The translations under genes and the position numbers were made by a program. DNA of 64,000 nt from the NCBI GenBank assembly GCA_977016875.1, contig CDRNST010000195.1, positions 2,790,001 through 2,854,000 of the forward strand. Reading direction: 5' to 3'. The notes beneath the pieces were generated by a model. It worked only from the letters and a program-made list of their open reading frames with translations, was not told the origin of the DNA and ran no database searches. Shown in pieces: positions 52,701-64,000 of the stretch; the stretch's first letter is position 1; each line of letters starts with the position of its first letter. Source of the DNA: Pavona decussata (Eukaryota).

Positions 52701-53994
52701 TTAATCAGAATTTTTTTCTTTCTGCTGGGCAAGTTCCTTAATATCCTCCAGGAGATGCGCCTGCTCCGCCTCTTTCGTGACCTCATCAACATAGATGGAT
52801 GGCCTTGCCATCTCCAAGGCTGCTAGTATGCTAGATAATGAGATATATGACACAATGTATTTATAATTAAAACGTCAGAATAATTCTAATATTTCATGCA
52901 AAAACCCACATAGGCTTTATAAGAATTCAACAATGGTTACATTTACTTTTAATATTACTTTGTTTTTCTTTAACAAGCATATGTTAACATAGTGTAGAGG
53001 GTTTCTTCCAGAAAAGGCAATTAATCATCTAAAAAAGATCGTCTGAAAATTACAGACTGCCTGTCTGAGAATATGCCGCTCAATATTTTTCAGAATTACG
53101 GAGAAACCTCAGGCATTCAATCTTCCAATCTTTAGGACGTGTTTGCGTGAGGAAGGAACTATAATTATGCTAGGAAAGTCTCAGCTTGCTCCCGTCCTTC
53201 TGAGGTAACTTATTGTGATAAATGCAAATAGTGTCCGAGAATAGGTACATTTACTGTAGTTTCATACATTTTTCATTTTCAGACAACCTTGAGCTTAATC
53301 CAAACAGGCAAATACATCATGCAATAAAAATGTACCTACCATTTCCACTTCTAATGTCAAGGATCACATCGCCCTCTTTGGAAAATGTTTCTATCAGTGA
53401 TTCATACAGCTCATTTGGTTGGTAACTATTTTCTCTTTTTGTGTTAATTACATTTTGGTGGTCCTTGAGACATGCTGGTCAGTGAGATTGTTATGGGATA
53501 CTGCCCAGTGGCCCACAACAAAGCACTCAACTACTTCAGTCATAAGTATATCTGAAAGAAAAATGTTGCAACAATTCCATTTGCATTAACACCATCATTC
53601 GAATTAATTTAATACCATTAATAGTTAGGAAGTCCCTTTAATTTTTTTCACTTTCCATATAACACATCAAACTCTAAGAAAATCACATGCACCATTTCCT
53701 TTGCTTCCCTTCCCTTTGAGAATTTTCGTAAACTTGGGCAAGAGGGAAATAGGGTTGGACAACAGAAATTTAGAGCAGCTTACCTACAGTGTATAAGCAA
53801 AGCTGAAATTGGACATTTTTGAGCCCCAAATATTAATGGTGGTGATGATGACTCCCAACAGAACAGCATTAAGAAATACAGTTTACCTTTTTACCCAATA
53901 TGCGTGAACAGTCATCTCTCCATGATGGTCTTGGTTCCGGAGGATTACCTGAAATATCGTCTCCTCCAAACAGCTGCATCCAGCACCTCTCAAC
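52701..53994 (-). pseudogene. Spliced gene relic resembling the C-terminal half of a beta-class N6-adenine/N4-cytosine DNA methyltransferase
   Basis: Exons 53551-53336 and 52830-52701 splice in frame (GT-AG) to ..NVINTKRENSYQPNELYESLIETFSKEGDVILDIRSGNGSILAALEMARPSIYVDE..stop, matching motifs X-I-II. One frameshift near 53468. Candidate upstream exon 53994-53887. Confidence 0.6.
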
Positions 53995-54293
53995 CTACAA
54001 GTAACAGTATGCAGCACATGTATCAAATACACAATAAATTATAGTTTCAAGCAGTCTGAATGCTGTAGATACTGTTCTATGCCATGGGTGTTACCATGTA
54101 AAAATTGTTTTTCACTAAAAAATGTTCCAGGGCAGCACTATAAGTGGTTTAATTGTGAGAGCAGGGAGGGTTGACATAAAAAAAGGAACTAAGTTCCTTT
54201 AACTTTACAGTACAATTAGGGTCCAAATGTACCTACAGGAAACCTGTCAATACCCAGGTATTTTTAGTGTGTTCAGCAATAATGCAACATTTA

Positions 54294-54956
54294 TGTCTTT
54301 CTCTCTCCGCCCAAACCAAACCCATAAATTCTGCTCTTGCCTGAGCTCTGTTTACTGGGCAACAAAAATAAACACACCTAAGTTTGAGCAATTACGTGTA
54401 TAGTCGCTTTTATTGAAACAAACAAATCATGAATGAATTCTGTTATAATATGTTTGCCCAGTAAAGGTGCGGGCCAAGAAAAACGCACAACACTAAATAT
54501 ACAGACAAGAAAAGTGGGTGGAGCAGGGGAAGGAGGTGGGAATCAAAAGCGGCTTCTTGCATCGAGTAATAAAAAAAGAATTGCAAGCACATGGCTTGAC
54601 TATTCACGTGATTTGCGTTAAACCTAGGAGGGGGGTGGACATAATGGCCATTGCCACCTCTCCAAGACCCAGTCCCCCTGACTATCAATAAACTTCGGTC
54701 AAAGAGAGAAGAAGCCATAAAAATTCTATTTGCTAGCAAATATATTATTTGTCTTTCTCTCTCCGCCCAAACCAAACCCATAAATTCTGCTCTTGCCTGA
54801 GCTCTGTTTTCTGGGCAACAAAAATAAACACACCAAAGTTGGAGCAATATGGGTATGGACAATAGGTCCATAGCCGCTTTTATTGAAACAAACAAATCAT
54901 GAATGAATTCTGTTATTATATGTTTGCCCAGTTGAGGTCCGGGCCCAAAAAAACGC
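54294..54956 (-). repeat. Ngaro 3' split direct repeats B1-A2-B2
   Basis: tgtctttctctctccgcccaaacc...tgtttgcccagt occurs at 54294 and 54750. Confidence 0.85.
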
Positions 54957-55086
54957 CAAAAGCAATGACACCAAAGGTGCATTGATGCCCCACCCCAGGC
55001 AAGAGCAGAATAAGATAGACAACAAGCTATAACTGCTAATCAGCTGCACTGACAAAGAATTTCTTGAATATTACGATGGTGTACCA

Positions 55087-55807
55087 GCCGCCCTTGCAAG
55101 CATGGCACACCCAAAATTAACTACAATAATCAGATCACAAAGACTAGCAGAACCTGAACAATTGAAAACTAACTCCTAAAAAAAGCCGCCCATGCAAACT
55201 GAATCAGGAATTAGACTGTTCATAACAAGAAGTAAAAAAGTAACTCCTGACAAAATCGCCCATGCAAACTGAGTCAGGAATTACACCCTTTATGACAAGA
55301 ACTTTAAGTAGCTCCTGAAAAAGTTGCCCATGCAAACTGAATCAGGAATTAGACCGTTCACAAAAAGAATGAAAAAAGGAACTCCTGACAAAATCGCCCA
55401 TGCAAACTGAGTCAGGAATTACACCCTTCATGACAAGAACTTAAAGTAGCTCCTGAAAGAGCTGCCTATGCAAACTGAGTCAAGAATTCAAGTGGAGCAG
55501 CCGCCCATGCAAGCATGCCACACCTGACTTACTATCCATAAGGAATAAGAAATGGTAAAATAATTTACCATCTTTTGCTAGCTGCAAAATTGATCCTTGG
55601 TAACAAGGAAAATTGAGATCAATATAGTAAGATACAACAAGGTGGGGCGGCCGCCCATGCAAACTAACCCACCTTACCAGTACTTATGATGACAGACTGA
55701 AATTATGCCAAAAAATAAAAGATGGTAAAAATTGCTATTTGCTAGATGAATTCTTAGTAACAAGGAAAATTGAGAGAAACAGAGGGGGCAGCCGCCCATG
55801 CAAACTG
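55087..55807 (-). repeat. Array of GCCCATGCAA motifs, including five ~69-bp hairpin units
   Basis: Motif at about 55090, 55188, 55258, 55326, 55396, 55464, 55503, 55653 and 55794. Alternating A/B units form a ~138-bp higher-order repeat. Confidence 0.92.
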
Positions 55808-55846
55808 ACCCTCATTGCCCATAATTATAATGACCCAATTATGTGT

Positions 55847-56760
55847 TCAGGAACGGAGACTGGGAACCCTGATATAGCGCATAAAAGCATTGGACTTCCA
55901 GCGTCCTAACATTCTTATCTGAGTATCAGAAAACCCCTGATCTGCTGCATATGAAGCCGCACCAATTCGGAAACTATGACCTTTATAACGGGAAAGATCT
56001 AAGCCACACAATTGACAAGCCCTTAAAAGCTGGTTGGAGGAAAATGACCTTGAGACAGGCAACCCATCCTCTGAAAGGAAAATGGCCCCAGGTCTGACGC
56101 CCTGTAAGGTGAAGTACTGTGACAACAATGCAACGGAACAGGTGGAATTGGGCTGCCGGGAAAGAACCACCGAAAAGGGGCGTGCATTGTAGCTATGTTT
56201 AAAATCCCCAAAGGTAAGTTTAAAAGCCATCAATTCCCCAGATGGTGAAATCAATTTAGTGAGCTGATATAACTGAAGGGGAGGGTTAGCATTGCTATTA
56301 CATGTAGCAGTCATTTCGCCTATGCGCGAAAAGGCATAAAAGGCGAAAGAGCACATAGCCGGAAACTTACTCATTTGGTAGGTAGACCCCTGTAAGGATG
56401 GAGCTATTGATACTAACCGGTCCAAAATAGGAAGTGTTATAGGAAGGCGGCTATCCAAACGGAAACCCACCTTCTTATAGCCCTTGAGGATTTGAGAAAC
56501 ATAAAACACTTTAAATGGATCAGGGAAACCGAACAGCTTATGCGAATATCCCAAGGCCGAAATGTATGTGGTCACAGTAGATGGGGCATAGTGGAAATCA
56601 AACAAATAAGCAATAAACAGAGCCAGTAGTGATGGGGAAATGGGAAGAAAAGCAAAGGGTTAGTTGAAAACTGAATTGTAGAATTTATGAAAAAGCTTCC
56701 AAGCCCACCGATAAGTGGGAATGGCAGATGGTTGCAGGCTTGAACGCAGCAGATAGGAGG
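55847..56760 (-). CDS. Tyrosine recombinase of Ngaro element (5' part disrupted)
   Basis: Catalytic residues FSRIGE, HSFRIGAA, LGRWKS and RYIR in ORF 55847..56605. Confidence 0.93.
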
Positions 56761-56781
56761 TCACTGACGCCAACTGAGAGG

Positions 56782-58330
56782 CTAGAGATGAAGAGGGATC
56801 TCTGTGGGATGAGGATTCATGTAGGCCGGTGCCAGTTGTTTGAAAGTCTGCAATTTTAACCGAGAAAGGGCATCAGCAAGAACATTGTGCACACCCGCAA
56901 TAGGCTTGGCTTTAAAACAAATATTCTTTTCCAAACAAACAAGCACCAGGCTACGAACTAAAAACATCAAGTTCATATCCCTACAAGACTGCTTGTTGAT
57001 GACATGAACCAATGCCTCATTATCAGTAAAGAAAAGGATGCGTTGATTCTGCATTTCATGGCCCCATAAATGCAGACTCAAAACAATTGGGTGAAGTTCT
57101 AAAAAGGCAATGTTTAGGTGACACCAGCTATCCTGCCACCGACCGTAACACCAATGTCTACCAAAAACAGCACCATAACCCAAGGCACCAGAGGCATCAG
57201 TATACAGTTCTAGCTGATGAGAATTGGTCCACTGATCAGTCAGAAAAAATGAGCGACCATTAAAACTTGAGAGAAACGATTGCCAAACCAACAAATCCTG
57301 TTTGACTTGGCTAGAAAGGCGAATGTGGTTTTCGTACTTCAATGGTCAAATCAATTAACCTGCGCAAGAAAGCCCGACCTGGGACAACAACAGTACAGGC
57401 AAAATTGAGCAATCCTGTAAATGATTGAATTTCCTGAAGAGTGACCTTACGCCGACGAAGAAAAGCCGAGAGAAGTTCACGACATTTATCCAGCTTTCTT
57501 GGGGTAAACGGGCCTCCGTCAGAACTGTGTCCAGCTCAATACCCGCAAAAGCCAGTGTTGTCGATGGGCCAACAGTTTTTTCTGGTGCCATGGGTATACC
57601 CAAATAACTACAGAACATTAAAAAATTATCCAACTGATGTTGGCATGAGGCTTGAGAGGGAGAAACTATCAAGAAATCATCTAGCAAATGCAAAATATAA
57701 GGAATATGCAACTTCTTCTGGGCAGTCCATTCAAGAGCAGTCGAAAACATCTCAAAAGTTCTACAGGAACTTGAACAGCCCGTAGGCATGCACCTATCAT
57801 AATAATAAAGGCCTTGCCAGGATATTCCCAAAAGATCGTAGTCTTCAGGGCTAATAGGAATTAAACGAAAGGCATTCTTAACATCAGTTTTGGCTAAAAA
57901 ACAATTTTGATCCACAGACTTAATCAAGCGAATGGCATCCTCCACGGTGGCATTTGAAACACCAGTGTAATCAAAAGAAATTCCATCATTCAAAGAGGAG
58001 CCTCTTGGATAAGAAAGATGGTGAATTAGACGAAACTCACCCTCAATGTTCTTGGGAACTAAACCGAGGGGTAATACTCGAAAGACTGGGAAAGGGGGGG
58101 ATGAAAAAGGACCAGCAAGCCTATGGGCGTCAAGCTCCTTAGAAAGCTTAGCATTTACAGCCGCCGGATTTTGCAGAGCTGAAAGAAGGTTAGGGGCCTC
58201 TTGAGAACACGAGGTCCATCAAAGTGCAAAGGAAAACCAAATGTAAAACCAGAGGCTAGTAACTGAACAATTGAATGGTCATACCCAGTAAGAAAAGGAA
58301 GCATACGCCTAATGCTTACAGGGGTTGGTA
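56782..58330 (-). pseudogene. Ngaro RT and RNase H (frameshifted)
   Basis: AKTDVKNAFR, GCSSSC, HLLDDFL, AGIELDT; RNase H YTDASG, LELHPI, TDNEAL, NVLADALSR. Confidence 0.93.
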
Positions 58331-59577
58331 ACTGTTGAGCTGGACTGGGTTGAATGGGAGGTAGGTTTTGTTGCACCTCTGTTCTGTGATTGAATCCCAC
58401 CGCTTTTGGCACGAAAATTACATGTGAAAGCACGGTGGAAGCCCTCACATTTAAAACAATCATGCTTAAAGGAGCAGCCCATAAAGTCACCACCCCTATG
58501 GTAAGAAAAACAAAATCCCTTTGGAACACGAAGATTATGCCCAAGCTTTCCAGTGTTTACAGGGGTTTGTGGCTTCTTTGCACTGACCGGGCTTTGTGAG
58601 CAGAGCCAAAGCTCCCAATGAATGGTCCCCCAAGGAAGAGAAGTAGCAGGGGTCTGTCGCCAAAAAGGGAAATTTTCATCATAAAAACGCCAGTTCAGAC
58701 CCCTGGCAGCAAGGTCTTGGATGGTGGATCCATACTTCATAAGACCAGGACCATCACTTGGAAAGCGGCTAGTATAAACCCCTGCAAACACATGGAAAGC
58801 CTGAACCCAACTATCAAAAGAAACGGTTTTCTTTGGCTTAGTAACTGGCTCCAGAGCCAAAGAGGGGGCAGAGCCATCACCAGGGTTAATGGTGAGCTGG
58901 TATTTGCCCTCAGAAAATTGGTTTGCCAAGAGCAGACCAAAGTCAACAAACTCATTCTGCCAGATTTTGGTTTTTAATTTTAACGGCACTCGTGTATCGA
59001 CTGGCAAATGAATAGAAGTAAAGACCTCCTTTGGTTGCACTGCCCCTGATGAAGGGACCTCGCCTGCTAATTAGGAGTGGACTGACTGTACCACTTGGGC
59101 AACCGGGTCCACAACTGATGCATTGCCCGCCGGAACTGGCTGTCTGGCTGAGTCCACTGCTAATGAATTGACCACAGGGACCTCTGTGGTCAACTGCTGA
59201 ATAGATGTTGTCCCAGCCATACCAGGGAAGGAAGCAGAGGCAGCAGATGCCGCTTGAGGCCCCTGAACAGTAGGCGAAGAAGACGTGGGTTGTAACTGTT
59301 TGGTCACCTCAGCTGCTACCTGTTGAACCAACTGCGCAAACAGGGCAGGAGGAAATGCGGGCACAGCAGGCTCGATGGCAGGCACAGGAGGGGCTGGTTC
59401 TACAAGCTGGACGGCATGTACAGGAGGGGCTGGTTTGACAGGCTGGGCGGCAGGCACAGGAGGGACTATTGCACTGTTATGTGCTGCCGGGCGCCTCCTC
59501 CGAGGAGGTGAAGCCACCAGAGACTCCAAGGCCTGACTGGATGGTCGTTTGGATCGTGCAGACCGGTGGGAAGGCAT
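58309..59577 (-). pseudogene. Ngaro gag-like ORF (one internal stop)
   Basis: KIWQNEFVDFGLLL, WVQAF, WRFYDENF and knuckle CFSYHRG..CSFKHDCFKCEGFH. The ATG at 59577 directly follows a tttttcag acceptor. Confidence 0.88.
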
Positions 59578-60389
59578 CTGAAAAACAAAACCACACAGTA
59601 CAATTAGGGTCCAAATGTACCTACAGGAAACCTGCCAATACCCAGCAATAATGCAGCATTTTAGAAAAATGAAATCTCGAGAGGATGAAATAAAATCACA
59701 AAATGAAATCACGAAATCTCGAGAGGACGGACTATAAGGTTAAAATGTAAAAAGGTGACAAAAAACTTAGCATTCAGATATCATTGCCCCCTTAAAGTAT
59801 CAAATAAGCGCACAGCCTGGAAACATCATAAGTATTTGGAATTTTTTTAATTGGCTTACAACATTTAATTCAGGCTACATTAAGGATTTTCCTACAAACT
59901 CGAGTGGAAGCCATAGTCTACGTACCTAATCATTCTATTTCTAATTGAAGGATTCCAGGAAAGAAAACAGTTAAGTGTAGTTTACAAAATTACAAGTTAT
60001 TGTTTAGATCCAGTCCGAGAATGCATGAACTTAAAGCTGAAACTAACTTCAATTTGTTGGTGCCTGAAACTAAAGAAACAACAGGCTGCAATAAGTCTTT
60101 ACTTGGACCTTAAAAATAACTAATTTAGCGCTTAACAAAAGAAAAGAGAGAAGCTGGAGGTGGGCTTTGTAGATGAAACATGAAGAATGAATGCCACTTT
60201 AAGACTCGCCTGGGTAATAAGATAATCAAGTCAATAACTTAAATTGCTTATCAGAAAATAAAGACAACTGGACACCTGGAACTCCGTTGCCATCCACTTG
60301 AATCCTACATGCATAGCACTTTGGCTAAACCATGCGTCCTGTTTAGTATCTTGACTCTAGAGGTTGTTCACTTCTGTTCTCCTTTCACT

Positions 60390-61080
60390 TTCACTCATTT
60401 TCCATACCAGTCCCTTTGAATTTCACGGGTCCTAACACGCAGTTCCAACTTCATTTTGTAATCTATGATTACAATGGCCTCGCCTGGTTGAAGATTGCCC
60501 TGAATGAACTTATAGTACTCCCCTTGGTGTTTCGTGCGCAGAAGATGAACAGCCTATTGAGTGTAAACGTTCATAAGACTATCAAGTTCCTTTGTTTCCT
60601 TGCTCTTCTTCTCACTTCTTGCCTCATTTCTTTGTCAACAGAACTTTAGTACTCCTTGACCAGGGCCAAAATTGTTGGGTTGCAGGTGATGTCTTAAGTA
60701 TCTGAACTAAGCCCAAATGTTGAACAAAACTTTTTGTTTTGAACCAACTCCTCCATAAATAAAGTCAGATCTCAAGGTACGAAATGGACCATTTTCATTG
60801 CTAAATCTTTTATCAATTGAGTTATGTCAGCCCTAATAAGTTTTTGCTTCCTTTCGGCCATGTCTTTGTAAGGAACCTGAGGCAATGGGGGATTTTTAGT
60901 TCCTCTGTCACATGTTTTTGGACCATGCTCTTCGCTAGATGAATCCAAAACACCCACCAACTGTGCTCGTGTAGTCTCCAACAGACTCTCACTTTCATCA
61001 CAATCATCTGCATATGCTTCACCCTTAGAAGGATGTACTGTGATGTCATCCTGACATTGTCTCGCACAAATTTCCTGTAT
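60390..61080 (-). pseudogene. DDE transposase fragment, 'DxxMK..REIQRDWYGK' family (Sola-like, tentative)
   Basis: Manual translation YYKFIQGNLQPGEAIVIIDYKMKLELRVRTREIQRDWYGK* (60517-60395). Confidence 0.6.
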
Positions 61081-61854
61081 AAAGTAAAATAACGGATTAG
61101 AAACAGTTAGTGATGGGTGAGTAGAATCAAAACTGTCATCCAGATTGCTAACAAATGATCATTTGATATTTGAACTGAAAACAACTCATTTCTTATCACA
61201 TAATTGCATTTTGTCCAGCTTGAAAGAAATGGGCAAGAGGTAATATTCCTGTATAATTTGATGTATAATCCATGTCATCCATGTATAATATAATTTATCT
61301 TCACTGTATACACCAAAGTAGGCCAATGAGATAGAAATAAAATACAGTAATCAGAGAATTCTACCCAACGGCAACTTAACCAACAACAAATTGGTCTATA
61401 TGTACAATCAACTAAGATGACAAATGAATTGCTACATGAGTGAAATGGTTATCCATACTGGTCAGCGTGGAGAAAAATCCAGGTACACAAAATGACAATA
61501 TTGGAGAAATTTCAGCCTAATACCTGTAAGAAAAAACTGCCTGAGAAAGGAGAGACTAACACATTCAATGGTGTATTCTGTTATACAGTAACAAGGGAAC
61601 ATTTTTGGACAAATTATGTGCCAATGAAACTTTAAGTTCAAGAAGTCCCACATAAACATTGCGTGATTAAACATTGCCAGATTTGGAAGAAATCTCTTCC
61701 GCTAAAGACAGACAACTGTTACAGGTAGTTAAGGTATAACATGCTTTGATTGAGAATTCCAGAAGCGACAAGTGTGAACACCACCAGATTTGGAATACAC
61801 TTTGTCAGTTAAAGACAAACAACAGTATGAAATAGTACAGGTAAGAAGCATGTC

Positions 61855-63900
61855 AATAAATGTTGGCGCCACTTATGGCCTTCTTGTATGCCGCAATGGC
61901 CCTAGCGTCGGTGAGCAGCTTCTTTATTGATACATATCCCTCCTCTTTGCATCTAGAGTCATCAAGACATTTGTGATGGTTTTCCTGTGTAATAACAGCC
62001 ACAAAAAAATCCAGCACCTGACTATAACTCTGTTATGAATACATCAATAAACATAATATATGGAAGTAATTGAAATTGATTCCACCAATAAATAAAAAGG
62101 GTGAATAATGTACAATGAATTATACCTGATAGTGATCAACGACATTTAAGAAGGTTGCAAGGAAGTCATCCTCGCTTGCTGGGCTATTCTTCATACAGAA
62201 GTAAATATGTGTCCTTGTACTTTTCACTGTTGGAATTATGACATGATTTCAATTAGAGAGTAAATTCAACGGTCCAGATACATCTAGACAAGTGTAGATT
62301 GCTTATTTTGTGCCAACATTTGGGAATAGGGATTAATAAAATGAGGTAGACAAGTATATGACAAACTTTTGTCAGACAATTCATAGAACCACTTTGTCCC
62401 CTCATCTCTCTGTGGACCTGATGCAACTTTCTTTCATATCAAGCCGTTTTTTCAGTAAGAAGGACGCTGAAAACGGTGCACTGTGTGACCAAGAGCTCTG
62501 CGTGGCGGCGCACTTGTTTGCTGAGGAGATAAACACAGAGTCTGATTTGGTTGGAGAAAATTTGGCCACCAAAGGTGACGAACTTTATTTTCAAGATCTG
62601 CCAATATATAATAAACTAAATATCTCTTCAGCAAAAGGTGGGGGGAAAAACCGCCACACCCAGTAAGACAAGAAAGAGAAACAGTAGGAAGTAATTCGCA
62701 GGCAGGCAGAAGTGGAGGTGGTGGAAAGATGCTGAAAATTGGTTCAAACCAGCGATGTGAACGACATGATGGTGAGCGATCAAAAGGAGGCGAGCACATG
62801 GAAAAGCGCTCCTAAGAATTATATAGTGCGGAACGCCTTAAATTCTGATTGGCTGGAAATTAGATAGGCTTGGACCCTGGCGCCTTGGCCTGCAAACCAT
62901 TATCAAATGCCTTGCCATAAAATCCCATTATGATGTCATAACGTGTCTTTCATGGCCTTAGTCACTGATTTTGCGCCTGTCAATATAGAAATGTTTGTTT
63001 GATCATAGAGCAATACAATAGGTTACCAGTGAAAGCATAGTTATGTAACTGGCTCTAGCAATTGATCTAAAAAGCATACCGTGCCAAGAATCAAAAGAGT
63101 TCAGTATTCTTTTAGTGAAATTCTAGTTCTTTAGCTGGAGGACAAAGTCGTGTGCAACTTCAGAAACGTGAAACCCTATAGCAAACAAAACATATATCAC
63201 AATTAAGGCTGATGTTTCAATATTGCACCATATTTTATGCCATCTTAGTACTAATAGTTCCATGAATAAATATACCTTGTGTTTCTATGAGGAATGTCAA
63301 ATTTCCTTTGTCATTGGAACCGTGCAGCTTACTGCTGATGTCTCACTGGCCTGACTCCAGTTCAAAACACCAACAACTTTTTTGGTCCTACCAAACATAG
63401 TGATTATTATTAAGCAAAGAGACATATGACAGGGATTGAACCAATCCCAGGTAAATAATAAATTATACACTGAAGGCAGCTTACGAAAATGAGAGAGCTG
63501 ACACAGTTGTATGCCCTACTGACCAAGAGGAATCATGCCTGGCATCAGTAATCACACACTACAAAACAGAATGGTTAGTGTCATGACAGTCCACGGCCTC
63601 TTCTTTTACAAGCTCCCACAATCACAGTCGACAAAACAAGAAACAAAAAATGCAACTTTTGAACAAAAATGAATTGCTACCTCTCCATTAGCAAAATAAC
63701 CAGGGCTATTCTTGATCTCCTCTTGAGCAGCATGCAAAGACTCTTCACAAACCCTCTTTACCACAGTCATGTACTGGAGCTTCTTCAAAACTATAAATTT
63801 TGAGAATTTTATTAAAAGAGTATTAAGATTTGTCCCAATATAAACAGCATAACAGATAAACAATTTATTGTGACACAGTCAAACCTCAAGAGCAAAACTA
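61855..63900 (-). pseudogene. Multi-exon Kolobok/Mutator-like DDE transposase relic
   Basis: Exons read in order: ..EEIKNSPGYFANGE / CVITDARHDS / KKVVGVL / VSEVAHD..NSFDSWHG / AKSVTKAMK / VKSTRTHIYFCMKN..LNVVDHYQ / ENHHKCLDDSRCK. GT-AG boundaries, D..D..DxWH motifs and internal stops. Confidence 0.7.
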
Positions 63901-64000
63901 GAGGAATAACAGGAAGTAATACCAGGAAAGGTATGTGGTAAATATAAGCACATGGTTGCTAAGGACAAGTCAGATGTACCTGCATAAGTGAGATGGTCAT

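Larger units (their letters stand above)
54294..59594 (-). mobile_element. Ngaro tyrosine-recombinase retrotransposon, near full length, 5' A1 repeat missing
   Basis: gag, RT, RNase H and YR all lie on the minus strand. Split direct repeats B1 (54750-54956) and B2 (54294-54486) flank a putative A2. Confidence 0.93.

Noticed and set aside
54443-54982. 179-aa ORF
   Set aside because: Spans the non-coding B1-A2-B2 terminal repeats of the Ngaro element.
55169-55490. CRISPR-like array
   Set aside because: The spacers are themselves repeated (A/B alternation), there are no cas genes, and the context is a eukaryotic retroelement.

Overview
AT-rich eukaryotic genomic DNA, most likely from a scleractinian coral or related cnidarian (inferred from the repeat families and spliced transposon genes; not proven). 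No intact host gene, rRNA, tRNA or CRISPR array is visible. The window is a nested transposable-element graveyard. It holds a near-complete young BEL/Pao LTR retrotransposon (LTRs, PBS, PPT, 5-bp TSD) and three Ngaro/DIRS tyrosine-recombinase retroelements. It also holds Penelope, Tx1/L1, CR1/L2, piggyBac, Kolobok/Mutator-like, Sola-like, DUF6729, DUF6589, PIF1 and Polinton pPolB relics, plus several MITEs. A head-to-tail tandem duplication (about 18.1-31.3 kb and 31.3-38.2 kb) supplies empty sites for three insertions. Four observations stand out. (1) All three YR retroelements are broken at one end and bracketed by long 35-85 bp direct repeats. (2) An array of covarying hairpins lies downstream of the recombinase gene. 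(3) A spliced gene relic resembles a bacterial-type beta-class N6A/N4C DNA methyltransferase. (4) Element orientation is strongly biased to the minus strand, as in a uni-strand piRNA cluster. Family names come from motif recognition only; no searches were run.
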